Assembly: GCA_963851265.1 (NCBI GenBank)
Contig: CAWKNZ010000002.1
Coordinates: 32,001 to 96,000, forward strand
DNA length: 64,000 bases
Reading direction: 5' to 3'
Source: an uncultured Gemmatimonadales bacterium
GTDB lineage: Bacteria > Gemmatimonadota > Gemmatimonadetes > Gemmatimonadales > Gemmatimonadaceae
Both the position numbers and the translations under genes were made by a program. Of the stretch, positions 30,265-41,537 are shown piece by piece. Position 1 is the stretch's first letter. Every line of letters begins with the position of its first letter. The notes below the pieces were generated by a model. That model was not told the origin of the DNA and ran no database searches. It saw only the letters and a program-made list of their open reading frames with translations.

Positions 30265-30313
30265 CTTGCGGCGGTTGTGGGATAATATGCAGCCCCCAAT
30301 GCATAACATCCCG
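30261..30313 (+). promoter_or_regulatory. arg operon promoter with two ARG-box-like half-matches
   Basis: TTGACT-N16-TAATAT; TGGGATAATATGCA (30278-91) and TGCATAACAT (from 30300) resemble the ArgR box TGNAT-W4-ATNCA. Confidence 0.5.
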
Positions 30314-31336
30314 GTCGGCATCCTTGGCGCGAGCGGCTACGCGGGCCGCGAACTTTGCGCCCTCGTCGCCGCCCATCCGCGCTTCACCCTCGCCTTCGCG
30401 ACCGCCGACCGGCGCCGCGGCGAGACCGTACGCGTGGGGCCGCCCTACGGCCCGCCCGCCGCGGTCACCTTCGTCGCACCAGACGACGCCCCCCTCGGCG
30501 ACGCGGCCCTCGTCTTCGCCGCCCTCCCGCACGGCGCCTCCGCGGAGTGGAGCGCGCGCGCCCGCACCACCGGCGCGCGCGTTGTCGACCTCTCGAGCGA
30601 CCTCCGCCCCGGCCACCTCACCGACGCCGTGCGGCAGGCGCTCGCGCCCGCCGCGACGTCGACCGGCATTCCGTACGGACTCCCCGAGCTCTTCCGCGAT
30701 CAGGTGCGCTGCGCCGACGTGGTCGCCAACCCCGGCTGCTACCCGACCGCGATTCTCGTCGCGCTCGCCCCACTCGCCCGCGCGGGGCTGATCCGCCCCG
30801 GCGCGACCGTCGTCGCCGACGCGGCGAGCGGCGTCACCGGCGCGGGCAACTCGCCCAAGGAAGAACTGCTCTTCGGCGAGGTGACCGAGAACTTCCGCGC
30901 GTACGGCACCGCGAACGGCCCGTCGGGCCCCTCGGCCAACGTCCACCGTCATCTCCCCGAGATGACCGCAGCACTCGGCGCGCTCGGCGCCGACGCGGAT
31001 CTCGTCTTCACCCCGCATCTCCTGCCGGTCGCGCGCGGCATCCTCGCCACCTGCACGGTGCCCGTCACCGAACTGCCCGACGACCCGCTCGCCGTGTGGC
31101 GCGACGCGTACGCCGGCGAACCGTTCGTCGAGGTGACCGAGGCGATGCCGGCGATCACCGACGTCCAGCGGCGCAACGTCGTGCGCGTCACCGCCCTCCC
31201 GGTGCGCGGCGTGCGCACGCCCACACTGCTCGTCGTCGCGGCCATCGACAACCTCACCAAGGGCGCGGCCGGGCAGGCCGTGCAGAACGCCAACCTCATG
31301 CTCGGCCTCGACGAGACGGCCGGGCTGCCGCGCTAG
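30299..31336 (+). CDS. argC: N-acetyl-gamma-glutamyl-phosphate reductase
   Basis: GASGYAG, ALPHG, DLSSDLR, YGLPE, ANPGCYPT, SGVTGAG, HRHLPE, DNL.KGAAGQA.QN. Confidence 0.96.
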   Translation: MHNIPVGILGASGYAGRELCALVAAHPRFTLAFATADRRRGETVRVGPPYGPPAAVTFVAPDDAPLGDAALVFAALPHGASAEWSARARTTGARVVDLSSDLRPGHLTDAVRQALAPAATSTGIPYGLPELFRDQVRCADVVANPGCYPTAILVALAPLARAGLIRPGATVVADAASGVTGAGNSPKEELLFGEVTENFRAYGTANGPSGPSANVHRHLPEMTAALGALGADADLVFTPHLLPVARGILATCTVPVTELPDDPLAVWRDAYAGEPFVEVTEAMPAITDVQRRNVVRVTALPVRGVRTPTLLVVAAIDNLTKGAAGQAVQNANLMLGLDETAGLPR

Positions 31337-31339
31337 CCC

Positions 31340-32161
31340 ATGTTCGACCAGGGATCGCGCGACCACGGCATCGTCGTCGTCAAGATCGGCGGCCGCCCGC
31401 AGGCGGACCCCGCGCTGCCGGCGGCTCTCGCCGGGGTGTGGCGCGCCACCGGCGGGCGCCTGGTCGTCGTCCACGGCGGCGGCGACGCGGTGAGCGAACT
31501 CCAGCGTGCCCGCGGTGTCGAGCCGCGCTTCGTCGGCGGCCGCCGCGTCACCACCGCGGGCGACCTCGACGTGCTCCGCATGGCACTCTCGGGCCTCGCC
31601 AACAAGCAACTCGTCGCGGCGCTCGGCGCTGCGGGCGTGCCCGCCTTCGGCTGCTCGGGCGAGGACGGCGCACTCCTCACCGCCACGCGCACGGCCGACG
31701 CCGCGCTCGGCGCCGTCGGCGTGCCGGCGCGCGTCGACGCCCCCCTGCTGCACCTCTTGTTAGGCGCGGGGCGGTGTCCGGTCGTCTCGCCCGTCTCATC
31801 CGACGCCGGCGCCCCCGGCGCGGCGCTCAACGTGAACGGCGACGACGCCGCCGCCGCCGTAGCCGCGGCCCTCGGCGCCTCCGAACTGTTCTTCCTCGCC
31901 GACGTCCCCGGCGTGCTCGCCGGCGGTGCGCGCGACGGGGGTGCCCCGATCGCCGAACTCGATCAGGCGAGCGCACACGCCCTCGTCAGTAGCGGCACGG
32001 CCGCCGGCGGGATGGCCGCCAAGCTCGAAGCGGCACTCGCCGCTCTCGGCGCCGGGGTGATTCGCGTGCGCATCGGCGACATCGCCGCGCTCGCCGGCTC
32101 GTCGCCCGGCACCGCCATCGTCGGCACGACGGATGCCCACGCCGTCGCGCCGCCGGGTTGA
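31340..32161 (+). CDS. argB: acetylglutamate kinase
   Basis: VVKIGG, VHGGG, RVTT, NVNGD, DVPGV, GGMAAK. Confidence 0.93.
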   Translation: MFDQGSRDHGIVVVKIGGRPQADPALPAALAGVWRATGGRLVVVHGGGDAVSELQRARGVEPRFVGGRRVTTAGDLDVLRMALSGLANKQLVAALGAAGVPAFGCSGEDGALLTATRTADAALGAVGVPARVDAPLLHLLLGAGRCPVVSPVSSDAGAPGAALNVNGDDAAAAVAAALGASELFFLADVPGVLAGGARDGGAPIAELDQASAHALVSSGTAAGGMAAKLEAALAALGAGVIRVRIGDIAALAGSSPGTAIVGTTDAHAVAPPG

Positions 32162-32213
32162 CGGCGTTCTCGCACCACACGCTCGCGTTCCCGCTCGCAC
32201 CATCGCTTCAGTC

Positions 32214-33512
32214 ATGGCCACCGTCGTCGCTCCCGACGTCTCGCACGTCGTCTCCGCTCCGGCTCCCGCCGGGCCCGTTCCGCCGCCCGCCGCCGATCAC
32301 CTGCTCGGCACGTACAAGCGCGCGCCCATGCGCCTCGTCCGCGGCGAGGGCGTCACCCTGTGGGACGAGTCCGGCCGCGGCTACCTCGACTTCACGAGCG
32401 GCATCGCCGTCAACGCGCTCGGCTACGGCGATCCCGGTCTCGAGCAGGCCATGCGCGACGCGACCGAGAGCGGCCTCGTTCACGTGTCCAACCTCTTCCG
32501 CACCGAGCCGGGCGAGCGGTTGGCCGAGTTCCTCGTCTCGCACTCGTTCGCCGCGCGCGCGTTCTTCTGCAATTCGGGCGCGGAGGCCAACGAGGGTGCC
32601 TTCAAGTTCGCCCGGCGCTGGGCCCGCACCTTCGTCCCGGCGGGCGCGACCGAGGCCCCTGGCGCGTTCGGTCAGGCCGCCAAGCACGAGATCGTCTCGC
32701 TCCGCGGCGCGTTCCACGGACGCACGATGGGCGTGCTCGCCGCCACCGACCGCGTCCAGTACCGCGCACCCTTCCAGCCGCTGGCCGGCGGGGTGAGCAT
32801 CGCCGAGCGCGACATCCACGAGTTGGAGCGGGTCGTCGACGCCGAGCGCACCGCAGCCGTGATCGTCGAGCCGGTGCAGGGCGAGGGCGGCGTGCGGGTG
32901 GTCGATCCCGGCTTCCTGCGCGAGCTCCGCGCACTCACCACCGAGCGCCAGGTCGCACTCATCTTCGACGAGATCCAGTGCGGGCTCGGTCGCCTCGGGA
33001 CGTTCTTCGCCTACGAGCACGCCGGCGTGACGCCCGACATGGTCACGCTCGCCAAGCCGCTCGCCGGCGGGCTGCCGATGGGCGCGGTCCTCGTCAACGC
33101 AGCAATCGGCGCGGCCATCCAGCCGGGCGACCACGGGACCACCTTCGGCGGCGGCCCGTTCGTGTCGGCCGTCGCGCTTCACGTCGTCGAGCGCATCGCG
33201 GAGCCGGCGTTCCTCGCGCACGTGCGCGCGGTCGGGGACGGGATGGGCGCGGGCCTTCGCGCACTCGGCGAGCGGACCGGCCGCGTCCGCGCGGTGCGCG
33301 GCGCGGGCCTCATGTGGGGCGTCGACACGCACGAGCCCGCGGCCGCCATCGTCGAGCGTGCGCGCACCGCCGGGCTGCTCGTGCTCACCGCCGGCGAGCA
33401 CACGCTCCGGCTGCTCCCGCCGCTCGTGATCTCCGACGCCGACGTCGCGCGCGGACTCGCCATCCTCGAGGACGTGATCGCGGCCGGGAATCCGGCCGGA
33501 GCGGGGGCATGA
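32214..33512 (+). CDS. argD: acetylornithine aminotransferase
   Basis: NSGAEANE, FHGRT, EPVQGEGG, DEIQCG.GR, TLAKPLAGG, HGTTFGG. Confidence 0.95.
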   Translation: MATVVAPDVSHVVSAPAPAGPVPPPAADHLLGTYKRAPMRLVRGEGVTLWDESGRGYLDFTSGIAVNALGYGDPGLEQAMRDATESGLVHVSNLFRTEPGERLAEFLVSHSFAARAFFCNSGAEANEGAFKFARRWARTFVPAGATEAPGAFGQAAKHEIVSLRGAFHGRTMGVLAATDRVQYRAPFQPLAGGVSIAERDIHELERVVDAERTAAVIVEPVQGEGGVRVVDPGFLRELRALTTERQVALIFDEIQCGLGRLGTFFAYEHAGVTPDMVTLAKPLAGGLPMGAVLVNAAIGAAIQPGDHGTTFGGGPFVSAVALHVVERIAEPAFLAHVRAVGDGMGAGLRALGERTGRVRAVRGAGLMWGVDTHEPAAAIVERARTAGLLVLTAGEHTLRLLPPLVISDADVARGLAILEDVIAAGNPAGAGA

Positions 33513-34033
33513 CCCCGCCGCCCGCCCTCGTCGACTCCTGCGTCGCCCGCACGGCCCGCGTGCGCCGCGCGCACGCGACCGACGCGGCCCAGATCGCCAC
33601 CCTCGTCTCGGAGTGGGCCGCGGAAGGTCTGCTGCTGCCGCGAAGCCTCGCCGCGATCGCGGCGAGGCTCGACGACTACGTGGTCGCCGTCGACGCGGCC
33701 GGGCGCGTCGTCGCCTGCGCCGCCGTGTGCGAGTACGCGCCGTCGCTCGCCGAAATCGTGAGCGTTGCCGTGTCGCGCACCGCGCACGGCGGCGGGCTCG
33801 GGGCGCGCATCGTCGCGGCCGCCGAGCGCCTCGCGCGCGTGCGCGGGCACACCGAAGTGTTCGCGCACACCCGCAACCCGGAGTTCTTCACCGCCATCGG
33901 CTACGAGTGCGTCGACCGCGGTCTGTTTCCCGAGAAGCGCGGCCGCCCGCAGTGCACGTGCGTGCGCCGCGAGTTCCGGCGGACGCGCACGGCGCTCACC
34001 GCGCCGCCCGACGCGGTCCGCTTGGCGGCCTGA
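33509..34033 (+). CDS. argA: short GNAT N-acetylglutamate synthase
   Basis: GLLLPRS, LAEIVSVAV, GGLG, EFF..GY....FPEK; ATGA overlap with argD. Confidence 0.75.
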   Translation: MTPPPALVDSCVARTARVRRAHATDAAQIATLVSEWAAEGLLLPRSLAAIAARLDDYVVAVDAAGRVVACAAVCEYAPSLAEIVSVAVSRTAHGGGLGARIVAAAERLARVRGHTEVFAHTRNPEFFTAIGYECVDRGLFPEKRGRPQCTCVRREFRRTRTALTAPPDAVRLAA

Positions 34034-34178
34034 TCGCGGCGGAGCCGGGCTCCGCCGCCCCGTGAGCACGCGGTCGGATCGCGGGCTCCTTGCGCACGCT
34101 GGTCCATAGTCTGCCAGTTTCCCGGACACATCGCGCAGGCACGACCCACGTCGGTCGTGCCATCCTCGTCCGTCTGCC

Positions 34179-36755
34179 GTGTCCGTCGCCTCCGTCAGCA
34201 CCGCGCTCCACGCCGTCTACTCACCGCCGCTCGTCGTCGCGTCGTTTCTGATCGCGGCCCTCGCGTCGTACACGGCCCTCGACTTCGCGGCACGCGTCAC
34301 GGCGGCTACCCGAATGGCGCGCGCGTGGTGGCTGGCCGGCGGCGCCGTCGCACTCGGCCTCGGCATCTGGGGCATGCACTTCGTCGGCATGCTCGCCGTT
34401 AGGCTCTACGCGTCCAACGGGTCGTCGCTCGCGACGGCGTACGACGTCGCGCGCGTGATCCTCTCCATCGTCGTGGCCGTGGCCGCGGCCGCGCTCGCGC
34501 TCTGGGTCTCGTCGCGCGCGGAAGTCGGGCGCGGTTCGCTCGCCGGAGCCGCACTCGTGATGGGCGTGGGCATCGCCGGCATGCATTACATCGGCATGGC
34601 GTCCATGCGCGTGCCCGGGGCGGCGGACGGCCTGCCGGGCATCACCTACCGCCCCGCGCTCGTCGGACTCGCCTACGCCATCGCGGCCGGCGCGTCGCTC
34701 GTCGCATTGTGGCTCGCGCGGCGCGCCTACCGCGAACGGGGCGCGTTCCTGGTACGGCTCGGGCTCCCCGCCGTGATCATGGGCCTGGCCATCGCCGGCA
34801 TGCACTACACGGGCATGGCCTCCGCCACCTTCCACCCGATCCTGACACCCGCGGCGCTCAACCTCGGTGACGCTGCCGACGTCACACTGGCCGTGGGTGA
34901 CGAACGCATCGCCGGGACGCTCCTCGCCACGCCCGCGCTCGGGGCCGCCGTCACCATCGCGCTGTTTTTCGTGCTCGCGTTCACGCTCATCGGGAGCACC
35001 GCCGGACGGTGGGCGGCTACGGCCCCACTTCCGGACGATCTGCTCGCCGTCCGGTCTGGAACGCCCACCCCACCCCGGCCGACGTCCACGCCCTCGCTCC
35101 CCGGCGACAACCGCCGCAACGACGGTCGTGGCCCGGGCGAGGGATGGCGCGCGTGGCACATGTGGCGCCGCGAGGCCGACGCGCTCGACGCGGGCGGGCC
35201 GTCGCTGCGCACCAAGCTCGCGGCCGGCAGCGCGGCGGCGGGACTCGTGCTCGTCGTCGCGCTCGTCGCGTACTGGGGCTTCGACCAGTTCGAGGAGGCG
35301 TCGAGCTGGCTCGCGCACACCTCGCAGGTGCGCGCCTCGGTCCAGGCGCTCGAGACGGCCGTGTCCGAGGCCGAAGCGTCGGGACGCGCGTACCTCCTGT
35401 ACGGGCGACCGCGCTACGTCGATCAGTACCGGGCCGAGGTCGCCCAGACCGAGCGCCACCTGACGACCGTCCGGCGCCTCACGGCCGACAATCAGCAGCA
35501 GCAGCGGCGCCTCGATCGCATCGACCCACTCTTCACGCGCCGTTTCAGCGTCATCGACTCCCTCATCGCGCTGCGCCAGCGCGGCGGTGCCAACGCCGTC
35601 CTCTCCGTCCTCGCACGGCGCGACAGCCTGTTCGGCGTGACCGACCGCGGCCTCCTGCTCGCCGACTCGCTCCACAGCCTCGTGTCCGAGGTCGACGGCG
35701 CGGAAGCGAAACTGTACGAGCGCCGCAGCGAGCGCCTCGCGACCCGCTCGAACATCGTCACCGTCACCCTCCTCGGCGGCAGCCTCGTCGCCTTCACGCT
35801 CATCCTGCTGATCCTCCAGGCCATCCGGCGCGACGTCGCCGCGCGCGAGGCCGCGCAGTCGCGCGTCCGCGAACAGGGCGAAGCCCTCGCCGTCCAGGCC
35901 GAACAGCTCGAACAGCAGCAGACCGAGCTGAAGCAGCAGGTCCAGGAGCAGCAGGTGATGAACGCGAAGCTGGCCGATGCCAACCACCAGCTCGAACGCA
36001 GCGCGTGGCGCCACGAGCGCCTCATCTACCAACTCGAGCGGAGCAACCAGGACCTCGATCAGTTCGCCTACGTCGCGTCGCACGACCTCAAGGCGCCGCT
36101 GCGCGGCATCGTCAACCTCGCGAGCTGGATCGAGGAGGACCTCGCCCCGGTGATGACCGACGACACGCGCGAGCAGATGCACCTCATGCGCGGACGCGTG
36201 CACCGGATGGAGGCGCTCATCGACGGCATCCTGCAGTACTCGCGCGCCGGCCGCGTCCGCACCGCCCCCGAACCGGTCGACACCGCCGTGCTCGTCGCCG
36301 ACGTCGTCGAGCTGATCGCGCCGCCCGAGGGCACGCAGATCATCGTCGCCGAAAACATGCCGAAGGTACTCGCCGAACGCGTGCCCCTGCAGCAAGTCTT
36401 CATGAACCTGATCGGCAACGCGATGAAGTACGCGCGCCGAGCCGACGCGCCGATGATGGTGCGCGTATCGTGGACCGAGGAGCCGGTCGACCCCGACGCC
36501 CCGCGACTGTATAGGTTCTCCATAGCCGACAACGGGCCCGGCATTGCTCCGCAATACCATGAGCGCGTGTTCGGCATTTTTCAGACGTTGCAGTCGCGTG
36601 ACCAGGTGGAGGGCACGGGCATCGGGCTCTCCGTGGTCAAGAAGATCGTCGAGGGGCAGGGCGGCCGAGTGTGGGTGGAGAGCGCCGAAGGCGAAGGCGC
36701 CACCTTCCACTTCACGTGGCCGGCGGCCCCCGTGTCCACCACCGCCGACGTATGA
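34179..36755 (+). CDS. MHYT + CHASE3 sensor histidine kinase
   Basis: GIWGMHFVGM, MHYIGM, MHYTGM; CHASE3-like AHT..V..RAYLL..LTADN..QQ.RL; DQFAYVASHDLKAPLR; DNGPGI, GTGIGL. Confidence 0.93.
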   Translation: MSVASVSTALHAVYSPPLVVASFLIAALASYTALDFAARVTAATRMARAWWLAGGAVALGLGIWGMHFVGMLAVRLYASNGSSLATAYDVARVILSIVVAVAAAALALWVSSRAEVGRGSLAGAALVMGVGIAGMHYIGMASMRVPGAADGLPGITYRPALVGLAYAIAAGASLVALWLARRAYRERGAFLVRLGLPAVIMGLAIAGMHYTGMASATFHPILTPAALNLGDAADVTLAVGDERIAGTLLATPALGAAVTIALFFVLAFTLIGSTAGRWAATAPLPDDLLAVRSGTPTPPRPTSTPSLPGDNRRNDGRGPGEGWRAWHMWRREADALDAGGPSLRTKLAAGSAAAGLVLVVALVAYWGFDQFEEASSWLAHTSQVRASVQALETAVSEAEASGRAYLLYGRPRYVDQYRAEVAQTERHLTTVRRLTADNQQQQRRLDRIDPLFTRRFSVIDSLIALRQRGGANAVLSVLARRDSLFGVTDRGLLLADSLHSLVSEVDGAEAKLYERRSERLATRSNIVTVTLLGGSLVAFTLILLILQAIRRDVAAREAAQSRVREQGEALAVQAEQLEQQQTELKQQVQEQQVMNAKLADANHQLERSAWRHERLIYQLERSNQDLDQFAYVASHDLKAPLRGIVNLASWIEEDLAPVMTDDTREQMHLMRGRVHRMEALIDGILQYSRAGRVRTAPEPVDTAVLVADVVELIAPPEGTQIIVAENMPKVLAERVPLQQVFMNLIGNAMKYARRADAPMMVRVSWTEEPVDPDAPRLYRFSIADNGPGIAPQYHERVFGIFQTLQSRDQVEGTGIGLSVVKKIVEGQGGRVWVESAEGEGATFHFTWPAAPVSTTADV

Positions 36756-36762
36756 CGCCCGC

Positions 36763-37215
36763 ATGAGCTCGACTCAGCTTCCGGTCGCCGACGCGACCAC
36801 GCGCGACCGCTGCCTCAACATCCTCCTCGTCGACGACGACGAGGTGGACGTGATGAACGTGAGGCGCGCCTTCACCAAGGCGCACATCACGAACCCGCTG
36901 TTCGTCGTCCATGACGGGCTGCAAGCGCTCGAGAAGCTGCGCGTCAACGATTTCCCGTGCGACCGCCGGCTCGTCCTGCTCGACCTCAACATGCCGCGCA
37001 TGAACGGCATCGAGTTCCTGCGCGAGCTGCGCAAGGACCCCGCCCTGCACGCCACCCCGGTCGTCGTGCTCACCACGAGCGACGACGAGCGCGACAAGGT
37101 CGACGCCTACGACCTGAACGTCGCGGGCTACCTGCTCAAGCCGGTCACCTTCGCGAGCTTCGTCGAGATCATGGCGGCGCTCAACAAGTACTGGACCCTC
37201 GTCGAGATGCCCTGA
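36763..37215 (+). CDS. Rcp1-like single-domain response regulator
   Basis: ILLVDD, LLDLNMPRMNG, VVLTTS, YLLKPV, KYW terminus. Confidence 0.93.
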   Translation: MSSTQLPVADATTRDRCLNILLVDDDEVDVMNVRRAFTKAHITNPLFVVHDGLQALEKLRVNDFPCDRRLVLLDLNMPRMNGIEFLRELRKDPALHATPVVVLTTSDDERDKVDAYDLNVAGYLLKPVTFASFVEIMAALNKYWTLVEMP

Positions 37216-37266
37216 GGGGGCCCTCCTGACCACGGTCACCGAATACGGGCCAGCGAGAGCGGACGT

Positions 37267-38613
<1,347 letters not shown>

Positions 38614-38750
38614 GTCGCGGTGTAAGTCGCGGTCGTGTCCCCGTCGCGTCGGGACAATGCGGTCCGCGACCTGCTAGCAACGCCTTCCCCCGCGGGACGG
38701 TCGCGCTCCCGACGGCGTTCCGTGTCCACCTGACGACGAGAGAGCCACCG

Positions 38751-39098
38751 ATGTTGAACCGCCTCCGAATCCACGCCGCCGTCGTGCTCACGTCGGTCTG
38801 CCTCGCCGGGACCGCCTGTGGTGGCGGTCGCGACACGAGCGCCGGCACGGCCGCGAGCGCGCCGGTCGCTGCGCCGGTCACCACCCCGGCCCCGGCCGCC
38901 GCACCAGTCACCACGGCGCCCACCGCCGTGACGCCCGAACACCACAGCAAGCTCGGCGGCGCCGTCGCCGGCGGCGTCGTCGGCCACATGATCGGCGGGA
39001 AGACGGGGATGCTCGCCGGCGCAGCCGCGGGTGCCATGATCCAGCACCACCGCAACAAAGTCGCGCGACGCGAGGCCGCCGCGGCCGCGAACCCGTGA
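38751..39098 (+). CDS. small lipoprotein with glycine-zipper
   Basis: lipobox GTAC, GAVAGGVVGHMIGG..GAAAGA. Confidence 0.8.
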   Translation: MLNRLRIHAAVVLTSVCLAGTACGGGRDTSAGTAASAPVAAPVTTPAPAAAPVTTAPTAVTPEHHSKLGGAVAGGVVGHMIGGKTGMLAGAAAGAMIQHHRNKVARREAAAAANP

Positions 39099-39187
39099 AC
39101 TGACCAGCGTCGGGCGGCTCGGTACCGCCTGACGCCAGCGACCGGCACAGGAGGGGCACCCGGCACCACGCGCCGGGTACCCCTCCT

Positions 39188-40687
39188 GTGCCGCGCCGCC
39201 CCCGCATCGTGCGGCCGCCCAGCAGCGGGCGGTCGCTGGTTCCGCTCGCCTTCGCGCTGACCGCCGCCGCCGCGGTCGCCAGCGCACGCCGCGTGTTTCC
39301 GTCAGTCACCCCGTCGGCGTCGCACTTCACGCTCGCCGACGGAGTGCGACGCCTGCGTGCCGCCGTCGTCGGCGACGCCCGCGAGCCCGCCGGCGCACCC
39401 GTGCTCGGCGAGTCGCCCGTACGCGCGCGACTCCGGGCGCGCACGTCGCGCCTCGCGCGCCGCACCACTCCGCTCGACGACGCCCGCAGCGCCCCACACA
39501 ACGACGTCGTCGGCGTCCCGTGGTGGGACGAGAACGCCGGCTGGGGCGCGGACGTCGTGCGCTGGGCCGAGCGCACTACCGCGCCACTCACGTCCGAAGC
39601 CGGGGACACCGTGGCCGTCGCGGCGCCAGCGCTCCCCGAGGCCCTCCCGACGGCGTTGCGCGCACGCGGCGTACACTGGAGCGCGCAGGGCGCGGTCACG
39701 CTGCTCGGCGATGGGCGTGCCGTGCTCGAGGCGCCGGGGAGCGCCGCCATCACCGCGGTCACGCCGGTCGGCGTCACGCGCACGCCCCTCATCGTGCGGC
39801 CCGTCGTCCGCGGCCGCCTGTACGCCGCCACCGACGGCGGGCCGGTGTCCGCGCGCATCGTCGTGCGTCGCGGTGCGTGGGCCGACACCACGTGGACCGA
39901 CGCGTCCGGCCGCTTCCGGCTCGGTCTCCCGCCCGACGCGAGCGCCCTCGACGCGGCCGACGTCCACGTGGAGCCGTCGGCGCCCGCCGCGCGCGGCGCG
40001 GTCGCCTACGAGCCGTGCGTACTCCATGCGGTGCCCGCCGCCCGCCTGCACACGTTAGGCGTCGTCGTCCTTCCCGCGCGCTGGACCGTCACGTCGGGCA
40101 GCTATGCCGGCGTCACCGTCCCGGTGCGCGCGACGGCCGCGCGCGGCTACTGGCAGTTCACGCGCGAGCACGGCGCCCCGATCGGCTGGATCCACGACGC
40201 GCCGCACACCGTGGCGTTCGCCCCCGGGTTCGATCCGGTCGACCAGGCGACGTTCTGGAGGGCCGCCCGCGCCGTCGAGGACGCGTGGGGGCGCTCGCTC
40301 TTCGTCCCGTTCACACCGGCCGCGTCCGGCGACTCCGCAGATGCCGACGTCGTCGTACGTCCCGTACCCACCCTGCACGCCGACGGACTCACCACCATCG
40401 GATGGGATGGCGTCGGTACCGTGGGTGGGGCGGCCATAGACTTTCGCATTCCCCGTCCGGGCACGCTGCAGCCGCAGGTCGCCGCCCACGAACTCCTGCA
40501 CGCCCTCGGGTTTGGCCACGCGCGCAACTGGCTTTCGGTGCTCGCGCCGGCCGGCCGCGCGATCGCGCCGGAACCCACGGCCGCCGACGTCGCCTACGGA
40601 CAGCTGTACGAGGGACTCCGCCGCCAGGCCCGCCGTGCCGAGCACGACTACGGCGGCGCCTACGGATGGGACGACGCGGCGCCCTGA
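39188..40687 (+). CDS. hypothetical secreted protein with C-terminal metzincin-type Zn motif
   Basis: HELLHALGFGH (HExxHxxGxxH); N-terminal hydrophobic stretch; start uncertain. Confidence 0.65.
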   Translation: MPRRPRIVRPPSSGRSLVPLAFALTAAAAVASARRVFPSVTPSASHFTLADGVRRLRAAVVGDAREPAGAPVLGESPVRARLRARTSRLARRTTPLDDARSAPHNDVVGVPWWDENAGWGADVVRWAERTTAPLTSEAGDTVAVAAPALPEALPTALRARGVHWSAQGAVTLLGDGRAVLEAPGSAAITAVTPVGVTRTPLIVRPVVRGRLYAATDGGPVSARIVVRRGAWADTTWTDASGRFRLGLPPDASALDAADVHVEPSAPAARGAVAYEPCVLHAVPAARLHTLGVVVLPARWTVTSGSYAGVTVPVRATAARGYWQFTREHGAPIGWIHDAPHTVAFAPGFDPVDQATFWRAARAVEDAWGRSLFVPFTPAASGDSADADVVVRPVPTLHADGLTTIGWDGVGTVGGAAIDFRIPRPGTLQPQVAAHELLHALGFGHARNWLSVLAPAGRAIAPEPTAADVAYGQLYEGLRRQARRAEHDYGGAYGWDDAAP

Positions 40688-40707
40688 GCACGCGCCGCGG
40701 TCTGGCG

Positions 40708-41493
40708 TCACCCGTTGCGCAACAACGCTCCGAGAATCGACCCCGCCACCGACCCTCCGGACGACGCTCCCCCCGCGCGCGTGTTGTCGTCGTCCGCGCC
40801 GGTCCCGCCGTGCAGGTACATCGACTGCAGTCCCACGCGTCCCGGGCCCGTGAACCGGTTGAACGCGAGCGTCCCCGCGCTCGCGAACAGCCCCGTGCTG
40901 AGCCCCTGCGCGACCGTCTCGAGCTGCACCGACGGATCCTTGTAGACCCACCCGCCGGGCTCGACGTCGATCTGCGCGCCCGCGTCGAGCGTCACCTCGA
41001 ACAGGTTGCCGTACCCGTGCAGCCACACGATGCCGCCCCCCGGCTGCTCCGAGGTGAACGTGTCGACGAAGAACCCCGACCCGCCGAACAGCAGGTTGGC
41101 CACGCCCCGCACCCGCCGGAAGGTGTAGTCCACGCCGTTGGTCGCGGCCAGGAACTGGTGCTCGCGCACGTCGAGCGCCTGCCCCGGCGCGAGGTGCATC
41201 GCGATGACGTGCCCGGCCCCGTCGCGGCTGAACCCGATCTCGCCCGGTCCACGCGCCTCGGTCATGAAGATCGGCATCCCCGCCAGCATGCGCGAGAACG
41301 CGCCGCCTAACGGCTTCACCCCCACCTCCACCGAGCGGTTCTTCCAGAGCAGCACGTGGTGCTCGAAATACACGCCCTCCCGCGACAGCTCCACGTGCAG
41401 GACGGGCACGAGTTCGCCCTCGATGTGGTACGTGACGCCGGCGTACGTCTCGTCACGCCGAGCGGTGGGGAGCAGGACGGGGACGATCCGCAT
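40708..41493 (-). CDS. AIM24 family protein
   Basis: Y.IEGELVPVL, R.LAGMPIF, VREHQFLAAT, LHGYGN, FTGPGRVGLQSM; GGAGG RBS. Confidence 0.88.
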   Translation of the reverse strand: MRIVPVLLPTARRDETYAGVTYHIEGELVPVLHVELSREGVYFEHHVLLWKNRSVEVGVKPLGGAFSRMLAGMPIFMTEARGPGEIGFSRDGAGHVIAMHLAPGQALDVREHQFLAATNGVDYTFRRVRGVANLLFGGSGFFVDTFTSEQPGGGIVWLHGYGNLFEVTLDAGAQIDVEPGGWVYKDPSVQLETVAQGLSTGLFASAGTLAFNRFTGPGRVGLQSMYLHGGTGADDDNTRAGGASSGGSVAGSILGALLRNG

Positions 41494-41537
41494 GAAACCT
41501 CCGGGGTGGGGCGTGGCAGCCGGCGCGAGCCGTGATT

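Noticed and set aside
40708..41493. AIM24 gene as part of the NRPS-EPS system
   Set aside because: Same strand and 44 nt away, but it has its own RBS and no functional link I can support
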